40,799 nt of DNA, taken from the IMG/VR virus record IMGVR_UViG_3300044708_000121, positions 1-40,799 of that record; one strand, given 5' to 3'. Shown piece by piece: positions 19,231 through 27,480 of this stretch. Below the pieces are notes generated by a model. It worked only from the letters and a program-made list of their open reading frames with translations, searched no databases and was not told the origin of the DNA. Both the position numbers and the translations under genes were made by a program. This DNA is from a virus (lineage: Duplodnaviria; Caudoviricetes). Position 1 is the stretch's first letter. Each line of letters starts with the position of its first letter.

Positions 19231-19508
19231 AGCGGCACGCTCCCGAGGTCGCCGACCACCGGATGGTCGGCAGGATATTCCTCGATGGCTTCCCGCGGCG
19301 TGCCGTTGACGTGGCGAGTAACCGCGATGTTCGCCCACATCGCAACTTCACGCAGCTTTCGCAGCGTGTAGGTCTTGTCCGGCCCATCCGGCAACAGTTC
19401 GTCCAACGCGCGCGCGTAAACTTTTGCCGCCTTCCGCGCTTCCTCCATGCCCACGAGTTGATCGGGCGTCGGCTTCAAATAGTCGAAAGTGCGGGAATCT
19501 AAAATCAC
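19227..19508 (-). CDS. Acb2/Tad1-like helical-hairpin protein (candidate cyclic-nucleotide sponge)
   Basis: The real gene is the last 93 aa of the 289-aa track ORF (GTGA overlap at 19505-19508). TFDYLKPTPDQ...ARALDELLPDGPDKTYTLRKLREVAMWANIAVTR matches the F.YH.P...P..REKS.A.TKLEEA.MWANA.IAR pattern. Confidence 0.65.
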   Translation of the reverse strand: MILDSRTFDYLKPTPDQLVGMEEARKAAKVYARALDELLPDGPDKTYTLRKLREVAMWANIAVTRHVNGTPREAIEEYPADHPVVGDLGSVPL

Positions 19509-19687
19509 GGATGCACCGGCGGGCCGAACACGCGCCACCCCAACAACAGAAACAGGATGAACAGCAGCAGGGTGTTTCCGACCGGCCCCCATCCGGTCGG
19601 GCTTCGCCAATCCCAGAACCAGAACACCAGCCACAGCAGCATCAGAATCCAAAAGATCAAACCGAAACTCATGTTTTCCTCCATCAT
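19505..19687 (-). CDS. Small two-TM membrane protein
   Basis: 60 aa with two strongly hydrophobic segments (FGLIFWILMLLWLVFWFW; LLLFILFLLLGWRVFG). Confidence 0.75.
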   Translation of the reverse strand: MMEENMSFGLIFWILMLLWLVFWFWDWRSPTGWGPVGNTLLLFILFLLLGWRVFGPPVHP

Positions 19688-21312
19688 GGTGCCGGCAGTT
19701 GCTTGGGCGCGCGCCCGGCGGCCAGGGTCGTCGCCTGTTCCGCATGAGCCACGTCTGCAACGATGCTCGCTTCTTGTGTGCGCTGCGCCAGGTCGGCGTT
19801 CTGTTGCTGCGCCTCCGCCCTGGCCTTGCGGATCGCTTGGATTTCACCTTCGTCGCGCCGCACGCTTGGATCGGCGACCATGCTGGCATGCAGTAGCAAC
19901 GCCGCGTCGTCACTGTTGACCACGTCGAGGATCGAGGAATCGCCGGTCGATTGCGCCAGGCCGGCGAGGGCGGACCACCATTGCAGCGTGCCGCGCGCGA
20001 TCTCCGCCCGCTGCGCCTTCTCAAACGGGCTCTCGAACTTGATGTGGATACGTTGGTTGACGAGCTCCGGCGGGACCTGCAGCCCGTCGAACGCACCTTG
20101 CCGCGATAGAATGCCGTCGCGCCGCGTGATGAAGCCCGACAGTCCCTTCTGCAGCGGCATCAAATGCGGCGCCAGCAGTTTCAAATCCTCTTCCTTGAAG
20201 CCCAGGAACTCGGTCGCCGTCATCTGCGGCCGGTTTTTCAGCACTTGCCAAAGCCCGAATTTGAATCCGGTGCGGATCGCGTTGCGCAGGTTCTCGCGCT
20301 CCGCCATCGGGAATTGCAGGTTTTCGCCGCGCTTCAATACCTCGACCTGGCGCTTGCCTTCCTTCGTCATGCCGCCATAGACCAGGCCATGCGGGCGCAC
20401 TTCTTCGGCGACCAGCACGTCCTCGTTCGTGACCAGCAACATCGGCTCCGCCTCGAATTGCATCGAGACTTGCGTGAGGCGCGACATTTCATCGTTGCTG
20501 CGCATGTCGGGCAGCGCGTCGTGACCAGGTCCGACCGCCCACGCTTTCCCGGAGCGGCGCGCCCATTGAATCTCGTGATAGGGCAATTCGTAAAATCCGC
20601 CCTCGATCTGAAAATCGCGCTTGTCCGGCGACACGTAGCAACTCAGCCATTGGAAGCCCGACGGCCCGATCCGCCCTTGCTGAAAGTACGGATTTTCGAA
20701 CACGGCATGAATGAACTTTGCCCGTTCGTCCGGCTGCATCTGCGGCGCGCGTTGCCCCCATTGCTTCGCCGCCTGGCGCCCGGTCAGCATAAATTCGCGG
20801 TGAACGCGATCGGTCTCGCCCGAGGCGTTGACGCCCTTAAACATTTCGTTGAGCGGGATCGCGCGCTCGATGATGCGCGAGGCGCCGACAACCTCTTCTT
20901 GCGAGAGCCAGCCGGTGCCGAATGCGCCCAGGTCAGCGAACCAGGGCGGGACGTTCAGGTAGAAATTTGAGATCCCAGGATTCAGGCTCGAATAGTGGAC
21001 CGACGCCCGATTCCAGAGATAGGTTTTCACCGGGCCGTAATCCATGAGGTCCTGGTCATCGATCACGAGCTCGAACCACCGCGTCGCCGGATTCGTCGCG
21101 TTCGAGAACATGCCACCGACGAAATCTTCGTTGGCGTAGAGCGGCGTCGAGTCGAACGCCACGTCCCAATCGCGCTCCGTGTAGCCGGACACTTCGAAGC
21201 TCTGTTGATCCGGCCGCAGGTAACGCGCGAGCTCGCGCCAATAGCGTTCCTCGCGCGCACGCTCGCGCTTCATCTCGCCGTGGATTTGCTCGATCTCCTG
21301 GAAGGAAGGCAT
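19684..21312 (-). CDS. Portal protein (head-tail connector)
   Basis: 542 aa. WRELARYLRP...FDSTP...WFEL...DLGAFGTG...MTATE motifs of T7/BPP-1-like portals. Confidence 0.93.
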   Translation of the reverse strand: MPSFQEIEQIHGEMKRERAREERYWRELARYLRPDQQSFEVSGYTERDWDVAFDSTPLYANEDFVGGMFSNATNPATRWFELVIDDQDLMDYGPVKTYLWNRASVHYSSLNPGISNFYLNVPPWFADLGAFGTGWLSQEEVVGASRIIERAIPLNEMFKGVNASGETDRVHREFMLTGRQAAKQWGQRAPQMQPDERAKFIHAVFENPYFQQGRIGPSGFQWLSCYVSPDKRDFQIEGGFYELPYHEIQWARRSGKAWAVGPGHDALPDMRSNDEMSRLTQVSMQFEAEPMLLVTNEDVLVAEEVRPHGLVYGGMTKEGKRQVEVLKRGENLQFPMAERENLRNAIRTGFKFGLWQVLKNRPQMTATEFLGFKEEDLKLLAPHLMPLQKGLSGFITRRDGILSRQGAFDGLQVPPELVNQRIHIKFESPFEKAQRAEIARGTLQWWSALAGLAQSTGDSSILDVVNSDDAALLLHASMVADPSVRRDEGEIQAIRKARAEAQQQNADLAQRTQEASIVADVAHAEQATTLAAGRAPKQLPAP

Positions 21313-21313
21313 G

Positions 21314-21658
21314 TCAGTGTGTCCTGCGTACAGGTTTCCCTGAATCGTCTAGCTTCATGCGATACCACCAGCGACCAGGCTTTCCCGGATCGCGGCCGCT
21401 CTCGATCTCGAAGCCGCCGAATTTCGGCTTCCGCAGGTCGCGCACCCGCGCGCTCAATCCCGTTCCTATCCCGCTTGCCGACGCAATCACCTTCGCCAAC
21501 TCCGTCAGATAATGTTTGCGTCCGTCCAACATGATCGTCCGCACCTGGCGCAGCTGCGACGCCAATCGCTGATAATCTTTTTCCGGGTCGTAGGTCCGTC
21601 CGCCGAATGCGTTGAGCGGAATTTCCGGGAACAACTCCGGTTGATCGTCGTCGGCCAC
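21314..21658 (-). CDS. Winged-HTH-like protein
   Basis: 114 aa with HYLTELAK...LSARVRDLRKPKFGG...WWYRM pattern. Confidence 0.6.
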   Translation of the reverse strand: MADDDQPELFPEIPLNAFGGRTYDPEKDYQRLASQLRQVRTIMLDGRKHYLTELAKVIASASGIGTGLSARVRDLRKPKFGGFEIESGRDPGKPGRWWYRMKLDDSGKPVRRTH

Positions 21659-21659
21659 G

Positions 21660-22007
21660 TCACATCCCCGTCAGCATCCGATAGCCGGTCGGCGGCTCGC
21701 CGAAAAATTGCTGCCCGGCCACGCGCGAGAAACTGCCCTGCGAAAACAGTTTGCGCATGCGGTCCTCGGCCGCGGCCCGCGCCGACTCGCTGTCCGAGGT
21801 CGGCAGCGACGCGTTGCGCGCCCGCTTAATCGCCTCCGTTTGCGCGGTCATAGCCGTTGCAACGGCTTCCGACGATTTGGCGGTTTGCCGGGCGAGCTCC
21901 GCTTGCTGCTTCTTGAGCTCGTCCTGTTGCTGGATCGCCGCTGCCTCTTGGCCGCCGGTGCCCGGCGCGGTGAATGCTCGCGAGAACGCCTTGCCTATGT
22001 CGCACAT
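21660..22007 (-). CDS. Pre-portal small virion protein
   Basis: MC- start, coiled-coil composition, ends ...MLTGM, GGAGG RBS; usual position immediately upstream of the portal region. Confidence 0.7.
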   Translation of the reverse strand: MCDIGKAFSRAFTAPGTGGQEAAAIQQQDELKKQQAELARQTAKSSEAVATAMTAQTEAIKRARNASLPTSDSESARAAAEDRMRKLFSQGSFSRVAGQQFFGEPPTGYRMLTGM

Positions 22008-22506
22008 GATCGGCCTCCATTTTCCGGTTGATCCACACGACTCGCTGATAGAGCTCGCCGCCGAGCCCGCGCGGCTCCGGCGGCCCCGACGATTCCATGC
22101 CCATCGCTCGCAGCCACCGCTCCGAAAATTCGTCCGTGACGAGAACGTGGGTTTCCGCCATCCGAACCTTGTGATGCTCCAACTCAGGCACGATCACGCG
22201 CCGGAACCAGCGCACGAACTCCGCCGCAATCAGCGGCCACCGCGTCGTCGAGAAACTTTGGAATAGCGCGACCGCCTCCGACACCCGGTACACCATCGCG
22301 ATCGCGATCGGCTCCGGCGCGCCTTCGCTCGCGAACAACGCCATGCGCACGATCGCGTGCGGGCGCAGGTCCTCGATTTGGTCGAACACCAGGCGCGCGT
22401 CGTCGGAGCCGCGCGTGCGGGCGAGCTCTTCGGCGCAATGCGGGCGCAAGTGCGTCAGCACGTAGCCGATCGAGTAATCGTCCGCGGCGCAGCTGATTAT
22501 GCCCAT
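21826..22506 (-). CDS. GNAT-like protein (T7 gp13-like)
   Basis: Start re-assigned to ATG 22506, overlapping the terL stop. HLRP....EL...SERWLRAMG......RG.GGELYQRVVW pattern. The last ~60 codons overlap the next gene. Confidence 0.6.
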   Translation of the reverse strand: MGIISCAADDYSIGYVLTHLRPHCAEELARTRGSDDARLVFDQIEDLRPHAIVRMALFASEGAPEPIAIAMVYRVSEAVALFQSFSTTRWPLIAAEFVRWFRRVIVPELEHHKVRMAETHVLVTDEFSERWLRAMGMESSGPPEPRGLGGELYQRVVWINRKMEADHVRHRQGVLASIHRAGHRRPRGSGDPATGRAQEAASGARPANRQIVGSRCNGYDRANGGD

Positions 22507-24101
22507 TTGCGCGTCACCGGGTTGTAGCGGCCGGCCTTTCGATTGTCCTCGCGCCTCATGCGGCGCTTGCGATCCATGTCGATCACGCGCGATCGCGCGC
22601 GCGAGCTCCCGCAAATCAGCGCGCCATACTGCAGCGCCTCGTGCGCATGCCCGTCGAACGTCTTTTGAATGTTGCCGCGGTCGTTGGTCCCGACCACCTG
22701 GCGATACTGAAACGTCTGATTGAAGCCGCGCCGGAGCACCTTGCACGATGGATCGACCAGCAATCCCGCCAAACCGTCATCGAGCGTCAGGTCGAATTTG
22801 CAGTTCACCGCCTCGACCCGCGCCCCGAGGTCCTGCGTTGGGGCGAGCTCTACCTCGCGCGCCAGGTATCCCGCCAGGCGCCCGCGGTCGGAACTCTCTT
22901 CGGTGTCCTCGCCGGCGACCATGGAAGGATCGCACACGCAAATAAACGTGCAGCCGCGGAATCGGTTTTCCTCCAAGGTCAACATCGAGGTCGCGAGCTC
23001 GCGCATGCCGCCGCGGTCGATCGCGATCTCCGCCAGGATGCGCATTTGCCCGTTCGGCATTTCCTGAAAGTACACCGCCGCCGGCGTCAGCCCGCCGTCG
23101 ATCCCGACGATCACCGGCAAGTCGCGCACCACCGGGATCGTGACGCGCGCCATGTTTCGAAGGTCGTCAAACTTCGGATAAACCGGATCGTTGGCGCGCG
23201 TGAAGCCCGGCATGACGTGAATCATGCGGCGAACCCACCACGGTCGATGCGCGTTCATCCGTTCCGAATTTTCGTAGTAGCCGCGCCCGACCGCCGCAAT
23301 GTTTTCGGCGTTGTGCGCCAGGCCCGACGGCTGGAGGTAAAGCACGTAGCCGGCTTTCAGGTTTTCGAAAAAGTCGCGGTAGATGTAGTTGGTCACGTCC
23401 GGCGCGTTGCTGTCGCCAAAGAACCGACCAGGCCGCTTGGTGATTGCCATCGGCGGCTCGCGCCCGACGCGATCGACCAGGGCAATAAACAGGTCCTCCG
23501 GCAGCGTTGACCATTCGTTGAGGTAGCAATCGGTGAACTCGTTGCCGAGCACGTCCTCCGGGTCCGCCTGTTCCGAGAACGCGCGGAAGCGATTGACCAG
23601 GTGGATGCGTCCAAACTTGTCCTCGAACTCGACCGTGTGCTCCGCCTGGCGCGGTGATGCGCCGGTCCACTTGGGGAAAAGATCGCGCGGAAACAATTTC
23701 CACCAGGACGGGATTGTCGCCTGCCATACGTTGATGTACTTCTGACGCCACGTCCCAAGCACGTAGCGTCTGACTCCGTCTGGTCCGGGTCCAATGCGCG
23801 TCGCCGACACCAACGCCTTCTTGCAGCTTGCAATCGTTTTGCCAGAACCACCTGGTCCGACGATCAGCGCGGCGCTGTCGCGCGACAGGATGTACCGATC
23901 CGATATCGGTCCCGCGCTTCGCAGCAAATTTGTTTGCCCGGTTTTCGGTTCCGCGTGGAGCTCGTCCACCGTTTTCGGAAACTGGCGGCGAAATTCGTCC
24001 TCGCTCTCAAGCCATCCCATCACGTTCTTATGCGGATTCGCGTTTCCAAGCACATCGTTGAGCGAGCCGAGGTCGAGTTGATCGCCGTCGTCGCCGGTCA
24101 C
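22497..24101 (-). CDS. terL: Terminase large subunit
   Basis: Walker A GPGGSGKT, Walker B CYLNE, nuclease IVGIDGGLTPAAV, C-terminal HAHEALQY. Confidence 0.95.
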   Translation of the reverse strand: MTGDDGDQLDLGSLNDVLGNANPHKNVMGWLESEDEFRRQFPKTVDELHAEPKTGQTNLLRSAGPISDRYILSRDSAALIVGPGGSGKTIASCKKALVSATRIGPGPDGVRRYVLGTWRQKYINVWQATIPSWWKLFPRDLFPKWTGASPRQAEHTVEFEDKFGRIHLVNRFRAFSEQADPEDVLGNEFTDCYLNEWSTLPEDLFIALVDRVGREPPMAITKRPGRFFGDSNAPDVTNYIYRDFFENLKAGYVLYLQPSGLAHNAENIAAVGRGYYENSERMNAHRPWWVRRMIHVMPGFTRANDPVYPKFDDLRNMARVTIPVVRDLPVIVGIDGGLTPAAVYFQEMPNGQMRILAEIAIDRGGMRELATSMLTLEENRFRGCTFICVCDPSMVAGEDTEESSDRGRLAGYLAREVELAPTQDLGARVEAVNCKFDLTLDDGLAGLLVDPSCKVLRRGFNQTFQYRQVVGTNDRGNIQKTFDGHAHEALQYGALICGSSRARSRVIDMDRKRRMRREDNRKAGRYNPVTRKWA

Positions 24102-24411
24102 GCGCGCATCCCCCGCCCGTCGTCGCGAGAATTTTGAATCGGCTTTTTCGACCTAGCAGGTCGGGAGGTAAAAAAAATCTCAGTGACTCCCCGCCAGGGA
24201 CACGCGTACCGGCGCGCCCAGGCGCCCGCCCGCCGGCGGGCGTGCGGGGGGGCGGGTGCGCGCGCGCGGAGCCCGCGCGCGCGAGCCGTCGCCTGGCGCC
24301 AGGTCGAGCGCCGGCCGGCGATCGCTCGCCGGCCGACGCGATCGACGCCTGGTCGTCGCACGCGTGACGGTGCGAGCACGCCGATCGATGATCTCGCATG
24401 ACTGCGAAGGC

Positions 24412-24972
24412 TCATGGTTTCGCCTGCAGCTGCAGCGGGTTAGCCTCGACGTGAGACTGTCCGTCGTGAGACAGCGCGCCGTTTGCCTCGAAATCCTCGA
24501 TCCAAGGCGGGCGATCGGCGCCACCGTCCGGCGATCGCCGGCCGGCGCCGAAAAACATCTGAAACGCCGGCACCACCGCGGCGCCGTTCGCGTCGGTCGG
24601 CGCCAGGCGAGCGTACATGAACGGCCGCAGGTCCGAGCGGATGCGCTCGATTCGGTCGAAAGCCTCGACTTTCGAGCATCCGAGCTCCGCGGCGAGCGTC
24701 GCCGGCGTGTGCAAAAGCACGCGCGCACTCTCCAGGAATGGGTCGCCGATCGTGCGTCGGACGAACGCGACCATGTCGCGGGTCGCGTTGTTGCGAGCGC
24801 CTGGTGGGCGACCAGCGCGAGCTCGCGCCACGCCAGCGACGAGCTCGTTGTGCGCCTCGCTGCCAGGTTCGAACCTGGTCGCCGGCAGGAGCTCCAGCTG
24901 GTCCGCCTGGTCGCCGGCGAGCTCCGCCGCGGCCGCCTCGACCATCGCCTTGCCTACCTCGCCGGTCAGCAT
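24412..24972 (-). CDS. terS: Terminase small subunit (putative)
   Basis: 186 aa with a GRPPGARN motif; first gene of the late operon, upstream of terL. Confidence 0.65.
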   Translation of the reverse strand: MLTGEVGKAMVEAAAAELAGDQADQLELLPATRFEPGSEAHNELVAGVARARAGRPPGARNNATRDMVAFVRRTIGDPFLESARVLLHTPATLAAELGCSKVEAFDRIERIRSDLRPFMYARLAPTDANGAAVVPAFQMFFGAGRRSPDGGADRPPWIEDFEANGALSHDGQSHVEANPLQLQAKP

Positions 24973-25027
24973 CGCCTTGATTTCCCTCGATATTTAATTC
25001 CCGCCGAGCGGTTGCAACCGAGCATTG

Positions 25028-25270
25028 GTGAGACACCGTCGGCGCCAGTGTCTCACTAGTGTCTCAGAGTAATAATTCAATCCTTTCAATATGTTAGAAT
25101 TAAATTGAGACACTGTGACACCTGTGACGCCTCGCGTGACGCGCGCGCGCACCTGCGCGTCACGCGAGGCGTCTTGAGTGTCTCGCGTCTCAAAAGCACG
25201 CTAATCCCTTGGTTTGCTTGAGCTTTCGCGGTGAGACAGTGGTGAGACAGCGTGTGCCATGGTGTCTCAG
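25028..25270. repeat. Iteron-like GTGAGACA/TGTCTCAC cluster with AT-rich tract and 19-bp inverted repeat (candidate replication origin)
   Basis: Copies at 25028, 25048, 25059, 25106, 25178, 25186, 25231, 25242 and 25262, with TGTGAC variants at 25114 and 25123. AT-rich stretch 25070-25105 contains IHF-like TTTCAATATGTTA. Inverted repeat arms at 25126-25144 and 25155-25173. Confidence 0.75.
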
Positions 25271-25371
25271 CAACCTTTGATCCCTGCGCCCCGCCTGGCG
25301 GGCATAACTCCGCCGGCGATTCGCCGAGGCTGCGCTCGCCCTGCGTGCAAAGTCAATCCGATCGCGGATCG

Positions 25372-25386
25372 TTAACCGCAGGTAAA
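25372..25386 (-). promoter_or_regulatory. CtrA-box-like site (one mismatch)
   Basis: Minus strand TTTA-N7-TTAAC in the divergent terS / early-gene intergenic region. Confidence 0.45.
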
Positions 25387-25444
25387 TGGGCGAGGGTGCG
25401 GAAATTATTTCCGGTCGCAACCCGCTGGTTTGATTCATGAATTG

Positions 25445-25494
25445 CGGACGTTGCGTCCGCTGCAGAATTTTCTTTGAACCGGACGCTACGTCCG
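25445..25494. promoter_or_regulatory. Two palindromic operators CGGACG-N3-CGTCCG
   Basis: Perfect copies at 25445-25459 and 25480-25494, ahead of the + strand early operon. Confidence 0.8.
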
Positions 25495-25539
25495 CACGAC
25501 CAATGGGCGGAAGGGCATTCCGCCCTCGGAGGATTTCAA

Positions 25540-25665
25540 ATGGGTTTCGCTTCTCTGACTTTCGCTCTCGCCACCTTCACCGTCGCGTTCGCCGGCGCCC
25601 ATGCCTGGCTCTTCATCAAGTCGAATGGCGCGCTCAACGACTCGTTCTGGGGTTCGGAGGGCTGA
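25540..25665 (+). CDS. Small membrane protein
   Basis: 41 aa, GGAGGA RBS, one hydrophobic helix. Confidence 0.6.
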   Translation: MGFASLTFALATFTVAFAGAHAWLFIKSNGALNDSFWGSEG

Positions 25666-25669
25666 TCCA

Positions 25670-25825
25670 ATGCTCACGAAAATCTGGCTCGCTCTCGTGT
25701 GGCTCTGGGGTCCGGTGATCCCCGAGCTCCACAACCCCCCGCCGCCGCCCTGCCTCTACTGGTCGGAGCTTTTGGACCCACCGGCCGGCGCCGACAGCGC
25801 CGGCAATTCGGAAGGAGTCGCGTGA
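25670..25825 (+). CDS. Small hypothetical protein
   Basis: 51 aa, GGAGGG RBS, hydrophobic N-terminus. Confidence 0.5.
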   Translation: MLTKIWLALVWLWGPVIPELHNPPPPPCLYWSELLDPPAGADSAGNSEGVA

Positions 25826-26034
25826 TGTGTGTCGCCAAGTGCATCGCCAAGACCGTGACCTATCGGACCATGAACAGCTTCTATGGCTTTGCCGTCGCCT
25901 ATGCCGTCACGGGCAAGGCGTCGGTCGCGGCCGCCGTCGTCGGCGCCGAGGCTGTCTACAAAGTGTTCGCGTACTTCGGGCACGAGTGGGTTTGGACGAA
26001 GATCAATTTCACCTGGAACGGAAAGGAAGGCTGA
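25825..26034 (+). CDS. DUF2061-like membrane protein
   Basis: AKTVTYR...AYAVTG...A....AE...K...YFGHE.VW.KI pattern; AAGGAG RBS. Confidence 0.7.
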   Translation: MCVAKCIAKTVTYRTMNSFYGFAVAYAVTGKASVAAAVVGAEAVYKVFAYFGHEWVWTKINFTWNGKEG

Positions 26035-26035
26035 C

Positions 26036-26137
26036 ATGACCAACGCCACATTTTGGATCGCGTGGGTTTACGGGTGGCTCGCCATCGCCGGCGTCGCCAC
26101 GCTGGTCACTACGGACCTGAAAGGAATCTTCCCATGA
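26036..26137 (+). CDS. Small membrane peptide
   Basis: 33 aa, one TM helix, coupled to its neighbours. Confidence 0.5.
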   Translation: MTNATFWIAWVYGWLAIAGVATLVTTDLKGIFP

Positions 26138-26334
26138 CGAACACCCCCACGCTACCAGGCACGGCGCCGGACCTGGCCGGCATGCTGCGGATGAAAGCCG
26201 CGGCGCCGCTGAAACCCAAGGCGCCGCCGATCGGCTGTGATTTCGGGCTCTTCGCCGATCACACCCCGCTCGACCTGGTCGAGCTCGCGCGGAAGCCCGG
26301 CGCGAACGATCCCGCCGACTACCATGGCGCGTGA
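26134..26334 (+). CDS. Hypothetical protein
   Basis: 66 aa, ATGA overlap, AAAGGA RBS. Confidence 0.55.
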   Translation: MTNTPTLPGTAPDLAGMLRMKAAAPLKPKAPPIGCDFGLFADHTPLDLVELARKPGANDPADYHGA

Positions 26335-26354
26335 TGCGAGGAACTAGGCACGCG

Positions 26355-27200
26355 ATGGAAAAGCTAACGATCTTCGGTTTGCCGCTGAATCCGCTGCGCG
26401 CGCTCGACGAGCTCGCCGGCGCCAGCTTTTGTGTGAGCTACGCGACGCGAAAAAAACTAGGGCCGCAGCTGGCCGACGCGATCCGCCTGGTGGGCGAGCA
26501 CGGCATGCTGCTGGTCGATAACGGCGCTTACAGCCTGCATCGGCGCGGCGTGGCAACGCGCGACGAGTCGTACCTCGACGGGTTCGAGGCGTGGGCGAAC
26601 AACATCCTTCGGCTGTGCCCCCAGGCCGTCGCCGTGATCCCCGACGTGATCGATGGCACCGAGGCGGAGAACGCCGAGCTCGTGCGGACCACGCTTCTCG
26701 ATCGCGATCGCGCGATGGGTGTCTGGCACCTGGACGAAAGCCTGGAATATCTGATTTGGCTTTGCGAAAGCCTCAACTTTGTGGCGTTCGGATCGGCCGG
26801 CCGATACTCGAATTACAACTCGCCGGCCTGGCACGCGCGAGTCGCCGAGGCTTTCGCCGCGATCGACAAGTGGGAAGCCGAGGGCGAGGGCGCCAACCTC
26901 CGGCCGCGGCTGCACATGTTCAAGGTGCAGAGCAAGGCGCACCTATTCCCGTTCGACAGTAGCGACAGCTGCAACGTGGCGCGGAATCACGGACGCTACC
27001 GCGGGACACCTGGTCGCGTCGGCAAGTTCGCGGCGCGGATCGATGCGAAGATTCAGGCAAGCGCCGGCGAGCCGGCCGACCATCAAATCAAACGCCCGAT
27101 CCTCGACGGGTTCGACGCCAGCCTGGCGCGCCTGGTCGAATGGTTCGACGCGAACTACACGCTCGAACGCCGGCAGATGGAGCTCCCCCTTGCGGCGTGA
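26355..27200 (+). CDS. TGT/DpdA-like transglycosylase-fold protein (candidate DNA base-exchange enzyme)
   Basis: LVDNGAYS, AVIPDVIDG...N, GVWH, VAFGS, RLHM and PFDSSDS.NVARN align by eye with TGT/DpdA motifs (DSGxF, D, PVxH, G, H, DS). Confidence 0.65.
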   Translation: MEKLTIFGLPLNPLRALDELAGASFCVSYATRKKLGPQLADAIRLVGEHGMLLVDNGAYSLHRRGVATRDESYLDGFEAWANNILRLCPQAVAVIPDVIDGTEAENAELVRTTLLDRDRAMGVWHLDESLEYLIWLCESLNFVAFGSAGRYSNYNSPAWHARVAEAFAAIDKWEAEGEGANLRPRLHMFKVQSKAHLFPFDSSDSCNVARNHGRYRGTPGRVGKFAARIDAKIQASAGEPADHQIKRPILDGFDASLARLVEWFDANYTLERRQMELPLAA

Positions 27201-27207
27201 CCACTTG

Positions 27208-27222
27208 CGGACGCCACGTCCG
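27208..27222. promoter_or_regulatory. Palindromic operator CGGACG-CCA-CGTCCG
   Basis: Perfect copy in the intergenic gap before the 27259 gene. Confidence 0.8.
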
Positions 27223-27258
27223 CACCCCACATGTCAGATGAAAGGAGGAACTAGGCAC

Positions 27259-27480
27259 ATGACCTATCTCGAAATGATCCGAGCCGGCGATCGAGTCTCG
27301 ATCGTTGATCGCTTCGGCAAGGTGCGCACCGGGCGCGCCGTGATGCGAGGCCCGCACGGATGGGTGCTGAACATGGGCGGGCGGTACGGCACGCCGGCCG
27401 TCGCCACCCCCGACACGATCGTCAAAGTTCGAAAGGGCCGCTCGCCGTGGGCGGCCCGCAACAAGGAGGGCAACGCATGA
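27259..27480 (+). CDS. Hypothetical protein
   Basis: 73 aa after a strong AAAGGAGG RBS. Confidence 0.75.
   Translation: MTYLEMIRAGDRVSIVDRFGKVRTGRAVMRGPHGWVLNMGGRYGTPAVATPDTIVKVRKGRSPWAARNKEGNA

Noticed and set aside
19509-20096. N-terminal part of the 289-aa ORF
   Set aside because: Overlaps the portal and the membrane gene out of frame; only 19227-19508 is credible.
24098-24415. 105-aa ORF between terS and terL
   Set aside because: Low-complexity Arg/Ala translation of a palindromic GC tract. Its ends do abut both neighbours, so it is not fully excluded.
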